A stretch of 61,974 nucleotides of DNA, from NCBI GenBank assembly GCA_023246195.1, contig JAHFIW010000004.1, forward strand, positions 1 to 61,974, read 5' to 3'. Under the pieces are notes generated by a model, which was given only the letters and a program-made list of their open reading frames with translations, was not told the origin of the DNA and did not search any database. Shown piece by piece: positions 1 to 8,109 of the stretch. The stretch comes from a bacterium. Lineage in GTDB: Bacteria > Patescibacteriota > Patescibacteriia > SG8-24. A program made the position numbers and the translations under genes. Numbering within the stretch: the first letter of the stretch is position 1; every line of letters begins with the position of its first letter.

Positions 1-359
1 ATGACGGTCATCACCACGTCGTCGCCATTACGGAGCTGCGCGGCCAGCGAATGCGCCACCATGTTGAGCGACTCGGTGGCGCCGCGGGTGAACACGATTT
101 CGTCTTCGCCTGCACGGATGAAATCGGCGACTTTGCGACGGACTTCCTCGAAGCGCTCAGTGGCCTTCTCGCTGATCTTATACATGCCGCGATGCACGTT
201 GGCACGGTACGTGCGATAGTAGGCGTCCTGCGCTTCCAGCACCTGCACCGGCGTCAGCGACGACGAGGCGCTGTCCAAATACGCAAAACGCCTGCCGTCG
301 GTTTGCGACAGCATCGGGAAATCCTGACGGATTTTTGCGACGTCGAGAGCGTCTTTCAT
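1..359 (-). CDS. sufS: cysteine desulfurase SufS (class V aminotransferase); N-terminal 119 codons only, the rest lies beyond the window edge
   Basis: Own minus-strand translation from ATG 359-357: MKDALDVAKIRQDFPMLSQTDGRRFAYLDSASSSLTPVQVLEAQDAYYRTYRANVHRGMYKISEKATERFEEVRRKVADFIRAGEDEIVFTRGATESLN..., a typical SufS N-terminus. The start lies 1 nt after the sufD stop (361-363). Absent from the ORF track because it is truncated. Confidence 0.85.
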   Translation of the reverse strand, partial: MKDALDVAKIRQDFPMLSQTDGRRFAYLDSASSSLTPVQVLEAQDAYYRTYRANVHRGMYKISEKATERFEEVRRKVADFIRAGEDEIVFTRGATESLNMVAHSLAAQLRNGDDVVMTV

Positions 360-360
360 A

Positions 361-1551
361 TCAGAGCGGGGCAATTCGTTCATCGATGATGCACTGCACG
401 CGATCTTCCAGCCCGCCGGCACGCATCTCGGCCACGATGGGCGCAAAGAAACCTTCCACCAGGAATTTGCGGCTGGCGGCCTCGTCAAGTCCGCGCGACA
501 TCAGGTAGAAAAGCTTTTCCTTGTCGAGACGGCCGACCGATGCGCCGTGTCCGCAACGAACGTCGGCCGCTTCGATTTCAAGATTCGGCACCGCGTCGAT
601 CTCGGCCTTCTCTCCAAGAAGAAGCGTATCTTCCTTTTGATGGCCGACGCAACCCCTGGTCCCTTTTTCCACGCGCACGAGACCGCGATAAACGGTCTTG
701 GCCGTATCCATCAAGGCACCGCGAGTGCGAAGCTCCGAATGCGTATTCGAGGCGATATGACGGACGTTTTGAGACAAGTCGAATTTTTGCGTACCACGCC
801 CGAAGAACTGCGTCTTTGCGCGTACCGAAGCGCCCTCTTCAACGAGTTCGGTAATGGCCGACGACTGGCTGAACCCGCCGCCGAAAACGCACTCGATCCA
901 CGACATCGACGCGTCGCGCTTCACCGTGGCCCGCTTGAGAGAGAGATCAGTGACGTTTTCGGCGAAGTCCTGGAGCGAAATATGCGTGGCCTTTGCGTTG
1001 GGGTGGACGATGACGTCGGTGACGGAGCTGCGGAGTTTGAAGTCGGGAGCGCTGAACTGGGAGCCGTCGGCCGAACGAAGATGTTCGACGACGGTGACGC
1101 GGCTCCCCTCGCCCACGATTACGATCACGTTCTCGACACGGCGCGCATCGCTGAAAACTAAGTCGATGCGGACAGGTTCTTCGGAGGAAAAGTTCGGCGG
1201 CACGATGATGAGCGAGCCAAGACCGGCCTGGCTGCCGTGCCAAGCGGAGATTTTCTCCGCACGCGCGTCAGGCGCCGACAAGCATTCCAAAATGCGCTTT
1301 GCCAGCTCCGGCTTCAGCAGGGCCTCGGCAAAAGAGTACGTCGTCACGCCGTCCGGCACGCGAATCTCGGAACGCGCGACTTCGGCTGCTTCGCCGAACG
1401 GCAAGGGTACGTCCGCTGGCGCAAAAAACACGTTCAATCCGTACTTGAGCGAAACCTCCGGAGCCAAAGCAAAGCCAGCCGCAGTTGCCTTGCGGAGCTC
1501 GTCCAGGGTCGCGTATTTTGCCGTCTGCACGTTGTTCATACTGATGATCAT
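361..1551 (-). CDS. sufD: Fe-S cluster assembly protein SufD
   Basis: 396 aa. C-terminal SufB/SufD beta-helix signature (GHQKEDTLLLGEKAEIDAVPNLEIEAADVRCGHGASVGRLDKEKLFYLMSRGL). Sits between sufB and sufS. Confidence 0.85.
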   Translation of the reverse strand: MIISMNNVQTAKYATLDELRKATAAGFALAPEVSLKYGLNVFFAPADVPLPFGEAAEVARSEIRVPDGVTTYSFAEALLKPELAKRILECLSAPDARAEKISAWHGSQAGLGSLIIVPPNFSSEEPVRIDLVFSDARRVENVIVIVGEGSRVTVVEHLRSADGSQFSAPDFKLRSSVTDVIVHPNAKATHISLQDFAENVTDLSLKRATVKRDASMSWIECVFGGGFSQSSAITELVEEGASVRAKTQFFGRGTQKFDLSQNVRHIASNTHSELRTRGALMDTAKTVYRGLVRVEKGTRGCVGHQKEDTLLLGEKAEIDAVPNLEIEAADVRCGHGASVGRLDKEKLFYLMSRGLDEAASRKFLVEGFFAPIVAEMRAGGLEDRVQCIIDERIAPL

Positions 1552-1587
1552 TTTCTACGGAAGGACGCGTCGTCAGAGAAGCGCGCC

Positions 1588-2991
1588 TCAGCCCACAGAC
1601 CCCGTCAATTCCAGCTCAATCAGCTTGTTCAGCTCAACTGCGTATTCCAGGGGCAATCGCTTGGTGACAGGCTCGATGAACCCGCTGACTATCATTCTCG
1701 TCGCCCTTTCTTCCGAAAGTCCGCGCGACATCAGGTAGAAGATTTCTTCCTCTCCGATGCGCCCGACCGTCGCCTCATGCGCCACGTCCACCGCGCCGTT
1801 GTCGACGCGCATGAACGGATAAGTGTTGGAAACCGACGAGTCACCGATGAGCAGCGCGTCGCAGTTTACCGAGCTGACGACTTCACGCGCGGCTGCCGTC
1901 ACTCGCACCAACCCGCGGTACGTGGAGACGCCGCCGTCCTTGCTGATGGACTTTGCCCTGATCACGGATGCGGTGTGCGGCGCCGCATGAATCACCTTTG
2001 AGCCGGTATCCTGATTCTGTCCGGGACCGGCAAAGGCCACGCCGAGCGATTCCGACCGCGCGTACTCGCCGCGGAGCACGCTGCAGGGATACAGCATCGT
2101 CGTACCGGAGCCCATGTTGCCGTTCAGCCATTCCACCGTGCCGTGCGCGTCAACGACGGCGCGTTTGGTGTTCAGGTTAAACGTATTCTTGCTCCAGTTC
2201 TCGATTGAGGCATATTTGATGCGGGCGTTCTTCTTCACGTGAACCTCAACGCAACCCGCATGCAAGGCGCTGGCAGCGAATCGAGGCGCGCTGCAACCCT
2301 CGATGTAATCGACGGACGCGCCTTCGTCCACGATGATAAGGGTGTGCTCAAACTGGCCGCCGCGTTCCTGGTTCATGCGGAAGTAGGCCTGCAGAGGCAC
2401 GTTGACCTTCACGCCTGGCGGCACATAAATGAAAGTGCCGCCGCTCCAAACTGCGGCGTGGAGCATGATGAACTTGTGGTCGGAGACGGGAATGCAGTCG
2501 GTCATGAAGTACTTCTTCACGAGGTCCGGATACTTGCGTACGGCGACGTCCATGTTCTCAAAAACGACTCCTTTGTCTTCCCACTCCTTTTTGAGGTTGT
2601 GGTAGATCACGTCGGAATCGAATTGCGCGCCGACGCCGGAGAGCGAACTGCGCTCGGCTTCAGGTATGCCCAATTTCTCAAATGTGGCGCGAATGTCGGC
2701 CGGAACCTCCTCCCAGGTCTTCGACTCGCCGGTGTCGGGGCGAACGTAATAGATGATCTTGTCGAGATCGAGATTGGTGAGCGGCGGACCCCACGACGGC
2801 ATTTCGGTCAGCAAAAAAAGCTCGAGACCCCTGAGACGCTTCTCCAGCATCCATTCAGGTTCGTTTTTTTGACGCGAAATCTCGCGCACCACCTCTTCGG
2901 AGAGTCCTTCGGGTGCGGCGTACTTCACCTTCGCGTCGGAGTGGTCATCGTAGACCGCGCGGATGGGATCGATCGTTTCCTCCATACTCAT
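1588..2991 (-). CDS. sufB: Fe-S cluster assembly scaffold SufB
   Basis: Strong SufB pattern (FENMDVAVRKYPDLVKKYF, GGTFIYVPPGVKV, DALLIGDSSVSNTYPFMRV, HEATVGRIGEEEIFYLMSRGL). Start chosen at ATG 2991 (MSMEETIDP), which overlaps the Rrf2 stop as ATGA. The 36 extra codons in the track are R/C/H-rich and overlap the Rrf2 gene. Confidence 0.9.
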   Translation of the reverse strand: MSMEETIDPIRAVYDDHSDAKVKYAAPEGLSEEVVREISRQKNEPEWMLEKRLRGLELFLLTEMPSWGPPLTNLDLDKIIYYVRPDTGESKTWEEVPADIRATFEKLGIPEAERSSLSGVGAQFDSDVIYHNLKKEWEDKGVVFENMDVAVRKYPDLVKKYFMTDCIPVSDHKFIMLHAAVWSGGTFIYVPPGVKVNVPLQAYFRMNQERGGQFEHTLIIVDEGASVDYIEGCSAPRFAASALHAGCVEVHVKKNARIKYASIENWSKNTFNLNTKRAVVDAHGTVEWLNGNMGSGTTMLYPCSVLRGEYARSESLGVAFAGPGQNQDTGSKVIHAAPHTASVIRAKSISKDGGVSTYRGLVRVTAAAREVVSSVNCDALLIGDSSVSNTYPFMRVDNGAVDVAHEATVGRIGEEEIFYLMSRGLSEERATRMIVSGFIEPVTKRLPLEYAVELNKLIELELTGSVG

Positions 2992-3425
2992 TCGGTGAGA
3001 TCGGAAAGAGCCTTGGCATGTGCCACGGCAACTTCGGCAACGTTGGCAATGGTCATGCCGCGAAGCGTGGTCATCACCTGCCCTTGGACTTTGCGCCAAA
3101 CCATGTCATGCGCGGCGACGCGGGTGCGTTTGGCATCGCCCAAGCACTCGGCCGTCCACTTGTGCCCCTCGATGGCCGTGACCACGTCTGCCACGGTGAT
3201 ATCCTGAGGTTCCCGCGAGAGCACGTAACCTCCGTGCGCGCCGCGGCGTCCCTCCACGAGCTTGGCGGTTCGCAAAAGCCGGGCCACCTCCTCGAGATAT
3301 CCCTGAGAAATGCCTTCGGCTTTGGCGACATCTTCCAAAGAAAGCGGCAACCCATGCGCATGTCGCAATGCCAGGTGGCGCATCAAAACCAGGGCGTGGT
3401 CGGCTTTTTGCGGTACGTTAAGCAC
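2988..3425 (-). CDS. Rrf2-family (IscR/SufR-like) winged-helix transcriptional regulator
   Basis: 145 aa. N-terminal Rrf2 wHTH pattern (ADHALVLMRHLA...LSLEDVAKAEGISQGYLEEVARLLRTAKLVEGRRGAHGGYVLSR). First gene of the suf operon. Contains only one Cys. Confidence 0.8.
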   Translation of the reverse strand: MLNVPQKADHALVLMRHLALRHAHGLPLSLEDVAKAEGISQGYLEEVARLLRTAKLVEGRRGAHGGYVLSREPQDITVADVVTAIEGHKWTAECLGDAKRTRVAAHDMVWRKVQGQVMTTLRGMTIANVAEVAVAHAKALSDLTE

Positions 3426-3432
3426 AAAATCA

Positions 3433-3457
3433 AAATCCTAGTTTAATGCTAGGATTT
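3433..3457. promoter_or_regulatory. perfect 9-bp inverted repeat AAATCCTAG-N7-CTAGGATTT; candidate Rrf2 operator in the suf promoter region
   Basis: Read directly at 3433-3441 and 3449-3457, 8-32 nt upstream of the Rrf2 start codon (3425) in an AT-rich stretch. Confidence 0.5.
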
Positions 3458-3495
3458 AATCATCTTTTAAGTTTGCCGTCAATACTTGAAATGAG

Positions 3496-3524
3496 GAAAA
3501 GAAAAACCGGCTTATGGCCGGTGC
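3496..3524 (-). terminator. intrinsic terminator after the 3559..3741 gene
   Basis: Stem ACCGGC (3506-3511) / GCCGGT (3517-3522), followed on the minus strand by a T-run (complement of the A-run at 3496-3506). Confidence 0.6.
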
Positions 3525-3558
3525 AAGATGCGGTTCTGATTGCCGCAGTTCGTGTAGG

Positions 3559-3741
3559 TTACGGCTTTTCCTTTTTGGAGCCTTCGCCATCGGGCTTTTG
3601 TGGCAGTACGGCGGTTCTCCCGAGCGCGGCGCAGGTCAACAGGAACGCCAGCAGGAAGAGACCGTACATGACGTACTCGACGTAGTGGGAAATCTGATTC
3701 CAAAACGTCGACAGTGCCTGAAAATCAAATGTCTGGTCCAT
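3559..3741 (-). CDS. small membrane protein (60 aa), function unknown
   Basis: One clear TM helix (YVMYGLFLLAFLLTCAALG) and a charged tail. GGAG Shine-Dalgarno upstream, extended -10 at 3781-3789, terminator downstream. Confidence 0.55.
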   Translation of the reverse strand: MDQTFDFQALSTFWNQISHYVEYVMYGLFLLAFLLTCAALGRTAVLPQKPDGEGSKKEKP

Positions 3742-3780
3742 GTAACTCCGTCGTTGGTGCGGGCGATCTGACTGCTTAAC

Positions 3781-3789
3781 TTGATAGCA
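3781..3789 (-). promoter_or_regulatory. extended -10 element TGCTATCAA
   Basis: Reverse complement of ttgatagca, about 40 nt upstream of ATG 3741. Confidence 0.45.
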
Positions 3790-3823
3790 CCTCTCAACGA
3801 AATGTTCAAGGGGGGCCGTCGAG

Positions 3824-3856
3824 AAAATAAAAAACGCCGGAATAATTCGCGGCGTC
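3824..3856 (-). terminator. intrinsic terminator after the 3858..4079 gene
   Basis: Stem ACGCCG (3834-3839) / CGGCGT (3850-3855), then a minus-strand T-run (complement of aaaataaaaaa). The hairpin starts 2 nt after the stop codon at 3858-3860. Confidence 0.6.
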
Positions 3857-3857
3857 G

Positions 3858-4079
3858 TCAGCGAGGGGCCGGCGGCAATATCTGGCCGCCCCGCGTCTTG
3901 GCGGGATGCAGTATCGTCTTAAGCGGCTCCTGTGATTCCACGTCCGACTCGGAGAAACCGAGCTCTCCCAAATCTGGCTGGATGGGGAAAGATGGCAGCA
4001 GCGGATTCTTCGGCATGCTTGGCAGAATCAGGTCGCCGTCTGGCATCGGCCTTTTGGCGTCTCGCCTTTTTCTCGCCAT
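3858..4079 (-). CDS. hypothetical small protein (73 aa)
   Basis: MARKRRDAKRPMPDGDLILPSMPKNPLLPSFPIQPDLGELGFSESDVESQEPLK... The ATG at 4079-4077 overlaps the TAA stop of the upstream gene (TAATG). Followed by its own terminator. The remaining N-terminal part of the 190-aa track ORF looks non-coding. Confidence 0.35.
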   Translation of the reverse strand: MARKRRDAKRPMPDGDLILPSMPKNPLLPSFPIQPDLGELGFSESDVESQEPLKTILHPAKTRGGQILPPAPR

Positions 4080-4462
4080 TATTTTTTGTACCCTCTCCTC
4101 GGCTGCGGCTTGCCGTCGGTGCGCACCAACTTGAGACCGGAACGTTCTGACGTCTGATTTTTTGGAGGCAAAATGGTGTATCTGCGCTCCGGTCGGACGG
4201 ACTGCGGGTTTTTCGGCGTTTCGGAAGAGGCGCTGACGGGCTTCTGTTTTTTCTGCGGACGCACCAGTTCGCCGATGCCGCCGACGATCACGATGCCCGC
4301 GTACACCAGGTCGATGACCGCAGAAGAAAGTCTTCTCAGGCGATACCTTTTCTTTGAGAGACCGGAAAGAAGCGTATTGAGCGTTTTCCGAAAAATGCGC
4401 ATTGGATCCTCCTTTGCGGACCGCTGCCAATCAAAGCGGTTTTTTGTGCTTTTGTCAACCAT
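4079..4462 (-). CDS. hypothetical basic membrane-anchored protein (127 aa)
   Basis: One TM helix (AVIDLVYAGIVIVGGIG) flanked by K/R-rich segments. Start moved to ATG 4462 because the upstream terminator hairpin (4506-4531) lies inside the longer track ORF. Confidence 0.4.
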   Translation of the reverse strand: MVDKSTKNRFDWQRSAKEDPMRIFRKTLNTLLSGLSKKRYRLRRLSSAVIDLVYAGIVIVGGIGELVRPQKKQKPVSASSETPKNPQSVRPERRYTILPPKNQTSERSGLKLVRTDGKPQPRRGYKK

Positions 4463-4505
4463 ATCGTCTTTTGCCGCATTCGAAAGGGTAAAGAAAGAAC
4501 GCGAA

Positions 4506-4531
4506 TGAAAAAGCGCCTCACGCGAGGCGCT
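4506..4531 (-). terminator. intrinsic terminator after the 4531..4887 gene
   Basis: Stem AGCGCCTC (4512-4519) / GAGGCGCT (4524-4531) with a 4-nt loop, then TTTTT on the minus strand. Confidence 0.65.
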
Positions 4532-4887
4532 CAATGAAGGGTCCTTCCAGCCTCACGCGGTTCGACCGTATCGAAGGCGAACTGCAATTTGAAGCTGCAG
4601 TCGTGGCACGCCTCCAGGCCGTAACGGTGCGCCCAGATCATGTGGTCAGTCTGCGCCCCCATTTTCCTGTTGCAGAGCTCGCAGCGTGAGACCGCACGAC
4701 GTCTGTCACTCTGCCGAAAGAACAGAAAGACGAGGATCACCCAGCAGACAAACTCGACGGCGAGGGCCGTGGCGTCATGTGCCAGCGTTCCGTCGGCGAA
4801 GAATATCATCCAAGCCAGGCAGCAAACCGCGATCACGGCGGTCGCCATGCCGACAAACTTCACGTTCCAGGCGCTTTTTTTTCGCAT
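4531..4887 (-). CDS. membrane protein with C-terminal CxxC...CxxC zinc-ribbon-like motif (118 aa)
   Basis: Two TM helices (FVGMATAVIAVCCLAWMIFF, LAVEFVCWVILVFLFF), then CELCNRK...ACHDC. GGAGGT Shine-Dalgarno and an extended -10 upstream. Confidence 0.6.
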   Translation of the reverse strand: MRKKSAWNVKFVGMATAVIAVCCLAWMIFFADGTLAHDATALAVEFVCWVILVFLFFRQSDRRRAVSRCELCNRKMGAQTDHMIWAHRYGLEACHDCSFKLQFAFDTVEPREAGRTLH

Positions 4888-4909
4888 GACGAATCACCTC
4901 CTCAAGGAA

Positions 4910-4918
4910 GTCATAGCA
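4910..4918 (-). promoter_or_regulatory. extended -10 element TGCTATGAC
   Basis: Reverse complement of gtcatagca, 23 nt upstream of ATG 4887, followed by GGAGGT. Confidence 0.5.
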
Positions 4919-4956
4919 CCGTTGCGGGCAAAGTCAACTTAGCCGATACATGGCAG

Positions 4957-4983
4957 CAAAAACCCCCGCCGAGTGGCGGGGGA
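4957..4983 (-). terminator. intrinsic terminator after the 4988..5170 gene
   Basis: Stem CCCCCGCC (4963-4970) / GGCGGGGG (4975-4982) with loop GAGT, then TTTTT on the minus strand. Confidence 0.7.
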
Positions 4984-4987
4984 GGTC

Positions 4988-5170
4988 TTACTTGCCGTCC
5001 GTTTTTTTGTCGAGGCCGTCGTTCAGACGGAGCGTGCCAAGAAAGAGCGAAATCGTCATCCCGAGGATGCAGAGCTGCGGCAGCATCAACGGCGCGACGC
5101 GTTCGCTTCTGAAGAAGATCGAAACGCCGCTGCCAACGAGAAGGGCCGAGGCCGCGTAAAAGTGACGCAT
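4988..5170 (-). CDS. small two-TM membrane protein (60 aa)
   Basis: MRHFYAASALLVGSGVSIFFRSERVAPLMLPQLCILGMTISLFLGTL... AAGGAG lies 10 nt upstream of ATG 5170. Terminator downstream. Confidence 0.55.
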   Translation of the reverse strand: MRHFYAASALLVGSGVSIFFRSERVAPLMLPQLCILGMTISLFLGTLRLNDGLDKKTDGK

Positions 5171-5231
5171 GTGGAGTGAGCTCCTTGAGTTCGTGATATC
5201 AGAAGACGCGGAGAATGGCAATTCCTTACAA

Positions 5232-5263
5232 ACAAAAACCGCCCCGCAGTGAGGCGGGGCGGC
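5232..5263 (-). terminator. intrinsic terminator after the DUF378/Cys-rich gene
   Basis: Stem CCGCCCCGC (5239-5247) / GCGGGGCGG (5254-5262), then TTTTTG on the minus strand. Confidence 0.7.
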
Positions 5264-5271
5264 GAGGCATG

Positions 5272-5697
5272 TTACTGCTGCGTTTCAGAGCCCTTCATGC
5301 AGCAGTCCTCGACCTTCTTGCCGGAGCCGCACAGGCAATCGCAGCCTTTCATTTTTTCGGCATCGCCCTTCATGCAGCACTGCCAGCCCGGCTTGCCGGA
5401 GCCGCAAGCGCACGGTTTCTTCATGCCTATGGCCTTTTCCTTGTCCATTGCGCAGCATTCGCCGCAACCCTTGGAGCCGCAGGCGCAACCGCCCTTCATG
5501 CAGCACTTCTTAACGGCGAACATGCTGAGGGCGGAAAGACCGATCAGCACATAGGCGGCGCGGGCGATGTAGCCTCCTGCCAAACCCATCATGGAGAAAA
5601 GGTCCTGTTGGAAGATGCCGACGAGAAGCCAATTGAGTCCGCCGATCATCAGGAGTATCTTCGCGACTTTATGGACGCCGCACATTTTCTTCATCAT
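5272..5697 (-). CDS. DUF378-type two-TM membrane protein fused to a metallothionein-like Cys-rich C-terminal tail
   Basis: N-terminal part (VAKILLMIGGLNWLLVGIFQQDLFSMMGLAGGYIARAAYVLIGLSAL) matches the DUF378 pattern. The tail has 16 Cys in about 80 aa, with three CCMKG motifs and CxCGSGK repeats. The start (ATG 5697, MMKKM) is uncertain by a few codons. Confidence 0.7.
   Translation of the reverse strand: MMKKMCGVHKVAKILLMIGGLNWLLVGIFQQDLFSMMGLAGGYIARAAYVLIGLSALSMFAVKKCCMKGGCACGSKGCGECCAMDKEKAIGMKKPCACGSGKPGWQCCMKGDAEKMKGCDCLCGSGKKVEDCCMKGSETQQ
5291..5505 (-). repeat. three copies of the 14-nt unit CCCTTCATGCAGCA (minus-strand TGCTGCATGAAGGG, encoding CCMKG) inside the Cys-rich tail
   Basis: Copies read at 5291-5304, 5366-5379 and 5492-5505. 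Confidence 0.8.
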
Positions 5698-5750
5698 ACC
5701 GATGACACATTCATAAGTAAGCAGACGGCGTAAGGACCGTCGACACAAGT

Positions 5751-5759
5751 ATCATAGCA
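5751..5759 (-). promoter_or_regulatory. extended -10 element TGCTATGAT
   Basis: Reverse complement of atcatagca, between the copA stop (5788) and the DUF378 gene start. Confidence 0.5.
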
Positions 5760-5787
5760 CATGTTAAGCCGTTTGTCGGTTCGCTGC

Positions 5788-8007
5788 CTACTTTTTAGGC
5801 TTGGCTTGGGCATTTTCGACCAACGTCTTGAAGCGCATGTTGCGGATGCGAAGCGAGTTGGCCACGACCGAAACGGACGAAAAGGCCATGGCAGCCGAGG
5901 CGATCATGGGTGTCAAAAAGCCGAGTGCGGCAACAGGCACGGCCATGATGTTATAGAAAAAAGCCCAAAAGAGATTCTGCTGGATGACCGAGAATGTCTG
6001 ACGTGACAGGCGCAACGCATCGACGACCTTCGACGGATTACCCTTGACCAGCACGATGCTGCCGGCCTCGATGGCAATATCGGTGCCAGTGCCCACCGCG
6101 ACGCCTAAGTCGGCCTGGACCAGCGCTGGCGCGTCGTTGATGCCATCGCCGACGAAGCCCACAATGCGCCCTTCTTCCTGCAACCGCTTGATTTCAACGG
6201 ACTTCTGTTGCGGCAAGACTTCGGGGATGACGTGATTTGGAGGAATGCCCAGCAGCAAGGCGATGGCCATGGCCGTGCCGCGATTATCACCGGTGAGCAT
6301 GAAAACCTCGATACCGTCGGCACGAAGATCCTCGACGGCGCGGCGCGCATCGGTCTTGGCGATATCGGCAATTGCCACCAGGCCACTCGGTACGTCGTCG
6401 ATGAAGATGCGCACTGCCGTTTTTCCCTGCTCTTCGAGCTTGGAAAGCAGGAACAGCCCTTCGGCTGAAAGCGCCTCGCCGCCATCCGCGATCTTGCCGC
6501 TGCCAATGCGCACCTTATGCCCCTCAATGACGCCTTCAATGCCCTTGCCGGGCAAGACCGTAAACTCATAGGTCCTGGCAAGGGCGAGATTGCGCTTTTT
6601 GGCTTCGGCCACGATGGCGCGAGCTAACGGGTGCTCGGAATACGTTTCAAGCGAGGCGGCGATGCGCAACGCTTCATCCGCTGGCATGGCGGCCAACGCG
6701 ACGACGTCGGTGACGGTCGGCCTGCCTTCGGTCAACGTACCCGTCTTGTCGAACACGATGGTATCCACGGCATGCGCCTTCTCCAGGGCCTGACCATTCT
6801 TTATGATGATGCCGTGCTGTGCGCCGGTGCCCGTACCCACCATGATGGCCGTCGGCGTCGCCAAGCCCAGCGCGCATGGACAGGCGATGACCAGTACCGC
6901 GACCGCCGGAATCAGCGCGCTGCTCACGTCGCCCGTACTGGCATACCAGGCGATGGCCGTCAGCGCCGCAATCATCAGCACCACCGGCACGAAGACGGAT
7001 GAAACGCGATCGACGAGTTTTTGAATCGGGGTCTTCTTGCCTTGCGCTTCGGCCACCATGCGCACGATCTGCGCCAGCGCCGTGTCCCCCGCCAACTTCT
7101 TCACCTCCACGATGAGCATGCCGTTCTGGTTCATCGTGGAACCGAAGACGTCGTCGGCAGGATGCTTGCCGACCGGAAGGCTTTCGCCGGTGAGCATCGA
7201 CTCGTCAACGGACGAGTCGCCCTGCAGCACCACGCCGTCCAGCGGGATTTTTTCTCCGGGCTTTACCAGCAGCATGTCGCCGATTTTCACCGCGTCAATC
7301 GGCACTTCGCGGTCAGACCCGTCAAAAAGGAACAGGCGCGCGTCTTTGGCGCCTAATTCCATCAGCTTGCGAATGGCATCCGAGGCGCTGCCTCGGCTTT
7401 TTTCCTCAAAGTACTGCCCTATCAGGATGAGCATCGCGACCATGGTCGCCGTCACGAAATAGACATGGCCGTAGCCGGAAAGTGCGGACCAGAAGCTGTA
7501 AAAAAAGGTCGAAGCAGTACCGATGGACACGAGAGTGTCCATGTTGGCGGCACCGATGCGAAGTTGAGAGGCCATGCCCACATGAAATGACCATCCCAGC
7601 ACGAAGACGACGATTCCCGTCAAGATCATCTGCATCCAATGCACCGAACTGATGTGCAACGAGACTCCCGGAAGGGTGAAATTGAGCAACGACGTGATGA
7701 TGGTGGGCGCGGAAAAGATGATCGCCAACTGCATTCGCAACTTTGCCGTAGCCACGACCTTGCGTTCCTCGGCGCCCTGCTCATCCTTGTGGCCGGAGGC
7801 CATGACCTTGTAACCCGTGCCGATGACCGCATCGTAAAGCGCGGTCTCATCGGTGGCAGAGGTGTCGAAAGTGACCGTGGCCGTGTGCGTGCCAAAATTT
7901 ACCGCGGCCTCAATCACGCCAGGCAGCCGAACGAGCGCGCGCTCGTTGCGCACCGAACAGGAAGCGCAATGCATCCCGACAATCATGAATTGAATCGTTT
8001 TCTTCAT
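5788..8007 (-). CDS. copA: copper-translocating P1B-type ATPase (CopA-like)
   Basis: HMA domain [13 protein letters not shown] motif ([11 protein letters not shown]), DKTGTLT phosphorylation site and GDGINDAP hinge. Start taken at ATG 8007 ([17 protein letters not shown]); the track ORF extends to 8085. Confidence 0.92.
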   Translation of the reverse strand: MKKTIQFMIVGMHCASCSVRNERALVRLPGVIEAAVNFGTHTATVTFDTSATDETALYDAVIGTGYKVMASGHKDEQGAEERKVVATAKLRMQLAIIFSAPTIITSLLNFTLPGVSLHISSVHWMQMILTGIVVFVLGWSFHVGMASQLRIGAANMDTLVSIGTASTFFYSFWSALSGYGHVYFVTATMVAMLILIGQYFEEKSRGSASDAIRKLMELGAKDARLFLFDGSDREVPIDAVKIGDMLLVKPGEKIPLDGVVLQGDSSVDESMLTGESLPVGKHPADDVFGSTMNQNGMLIVEVKKLAGDTALAQIVRMVAEAQGKKTPIQKLVDRVSSVFVPVVLMIAALTAIAWYASTGDVSSALIPAVAVLVIACPCALGLATPTAIMVGTGTGAQHGIIIKNGQALEKAHAVDTIVFDKTGTLTEGRPTVTDVVALAAMPADEALRIAASLETYSEHPLARAIVAEAKKRNLALARTYEFTVLPGKGIEGVIEGHKVRIGSGKIADGGEALSAEGLFLLSKLEEQGKTAVRIFIDDVPSGLVAIADIAKTDARRAVEDLRADGIEVFMLTGDNRGTAMAIALLLGIPPNHVIPEVLPQQKSVEIKRLQEEGRIVGFVGDGINDAPALVQADLGVAVGTGTDIAIEAGSIVLVKGNPSKVVDALRLSRQTFSVIQQNLFWAFFYNIMAVPVAALGFLTPMIASAAMAFSSVSVVANSLRIRNMRFKTLVENAQAKPKK

Positions 8008-8067
8008 AGGCAAGGCGTACTGCGCTGATGTCATCATGACGAATGCGCGTGCTGAAAGAGTATCATG

Positions 8068-8098
8068 CGCCGTCATCCGCGTCATCTGACGGCGTTTT
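8068..8098 (+). other. plus-strand hairpin plus T4 (CGCCGTCA-N11-TGACGGCG-TTTT) just upstream of the 8127 gene promoter
   Basis: Read directly. There is no co-oriented upstream gene for it to terminate. An analogous element lies at 53047-53071 upstream of the paralog. Confidence 0.4.
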
Positions 8099-8109
8099 CA
8101 TCCCACCTC

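Noticed and set aside
1588-3099. N-terminal 36-codon extension of SufB given by the ORF track
   Set aside because: The extension (MAQSPRAGDDHASRHDHCQRCRSCRG...) overlaps the 3' end of the Rrf2 gene and is not SufB-like. ATG 2991 forms a typical ATGA stop/start overlap.
3858-4430. 190-aa minus-strand ORF treated as a single gene
   Set aside because: Its first ~117 residues are R/H/A-rich and overlap a more plausible TM-containing frame (4079..4462). The TAATG junction at 4077-4081 fits two coupled small genes better. Both calls remain low confidence.
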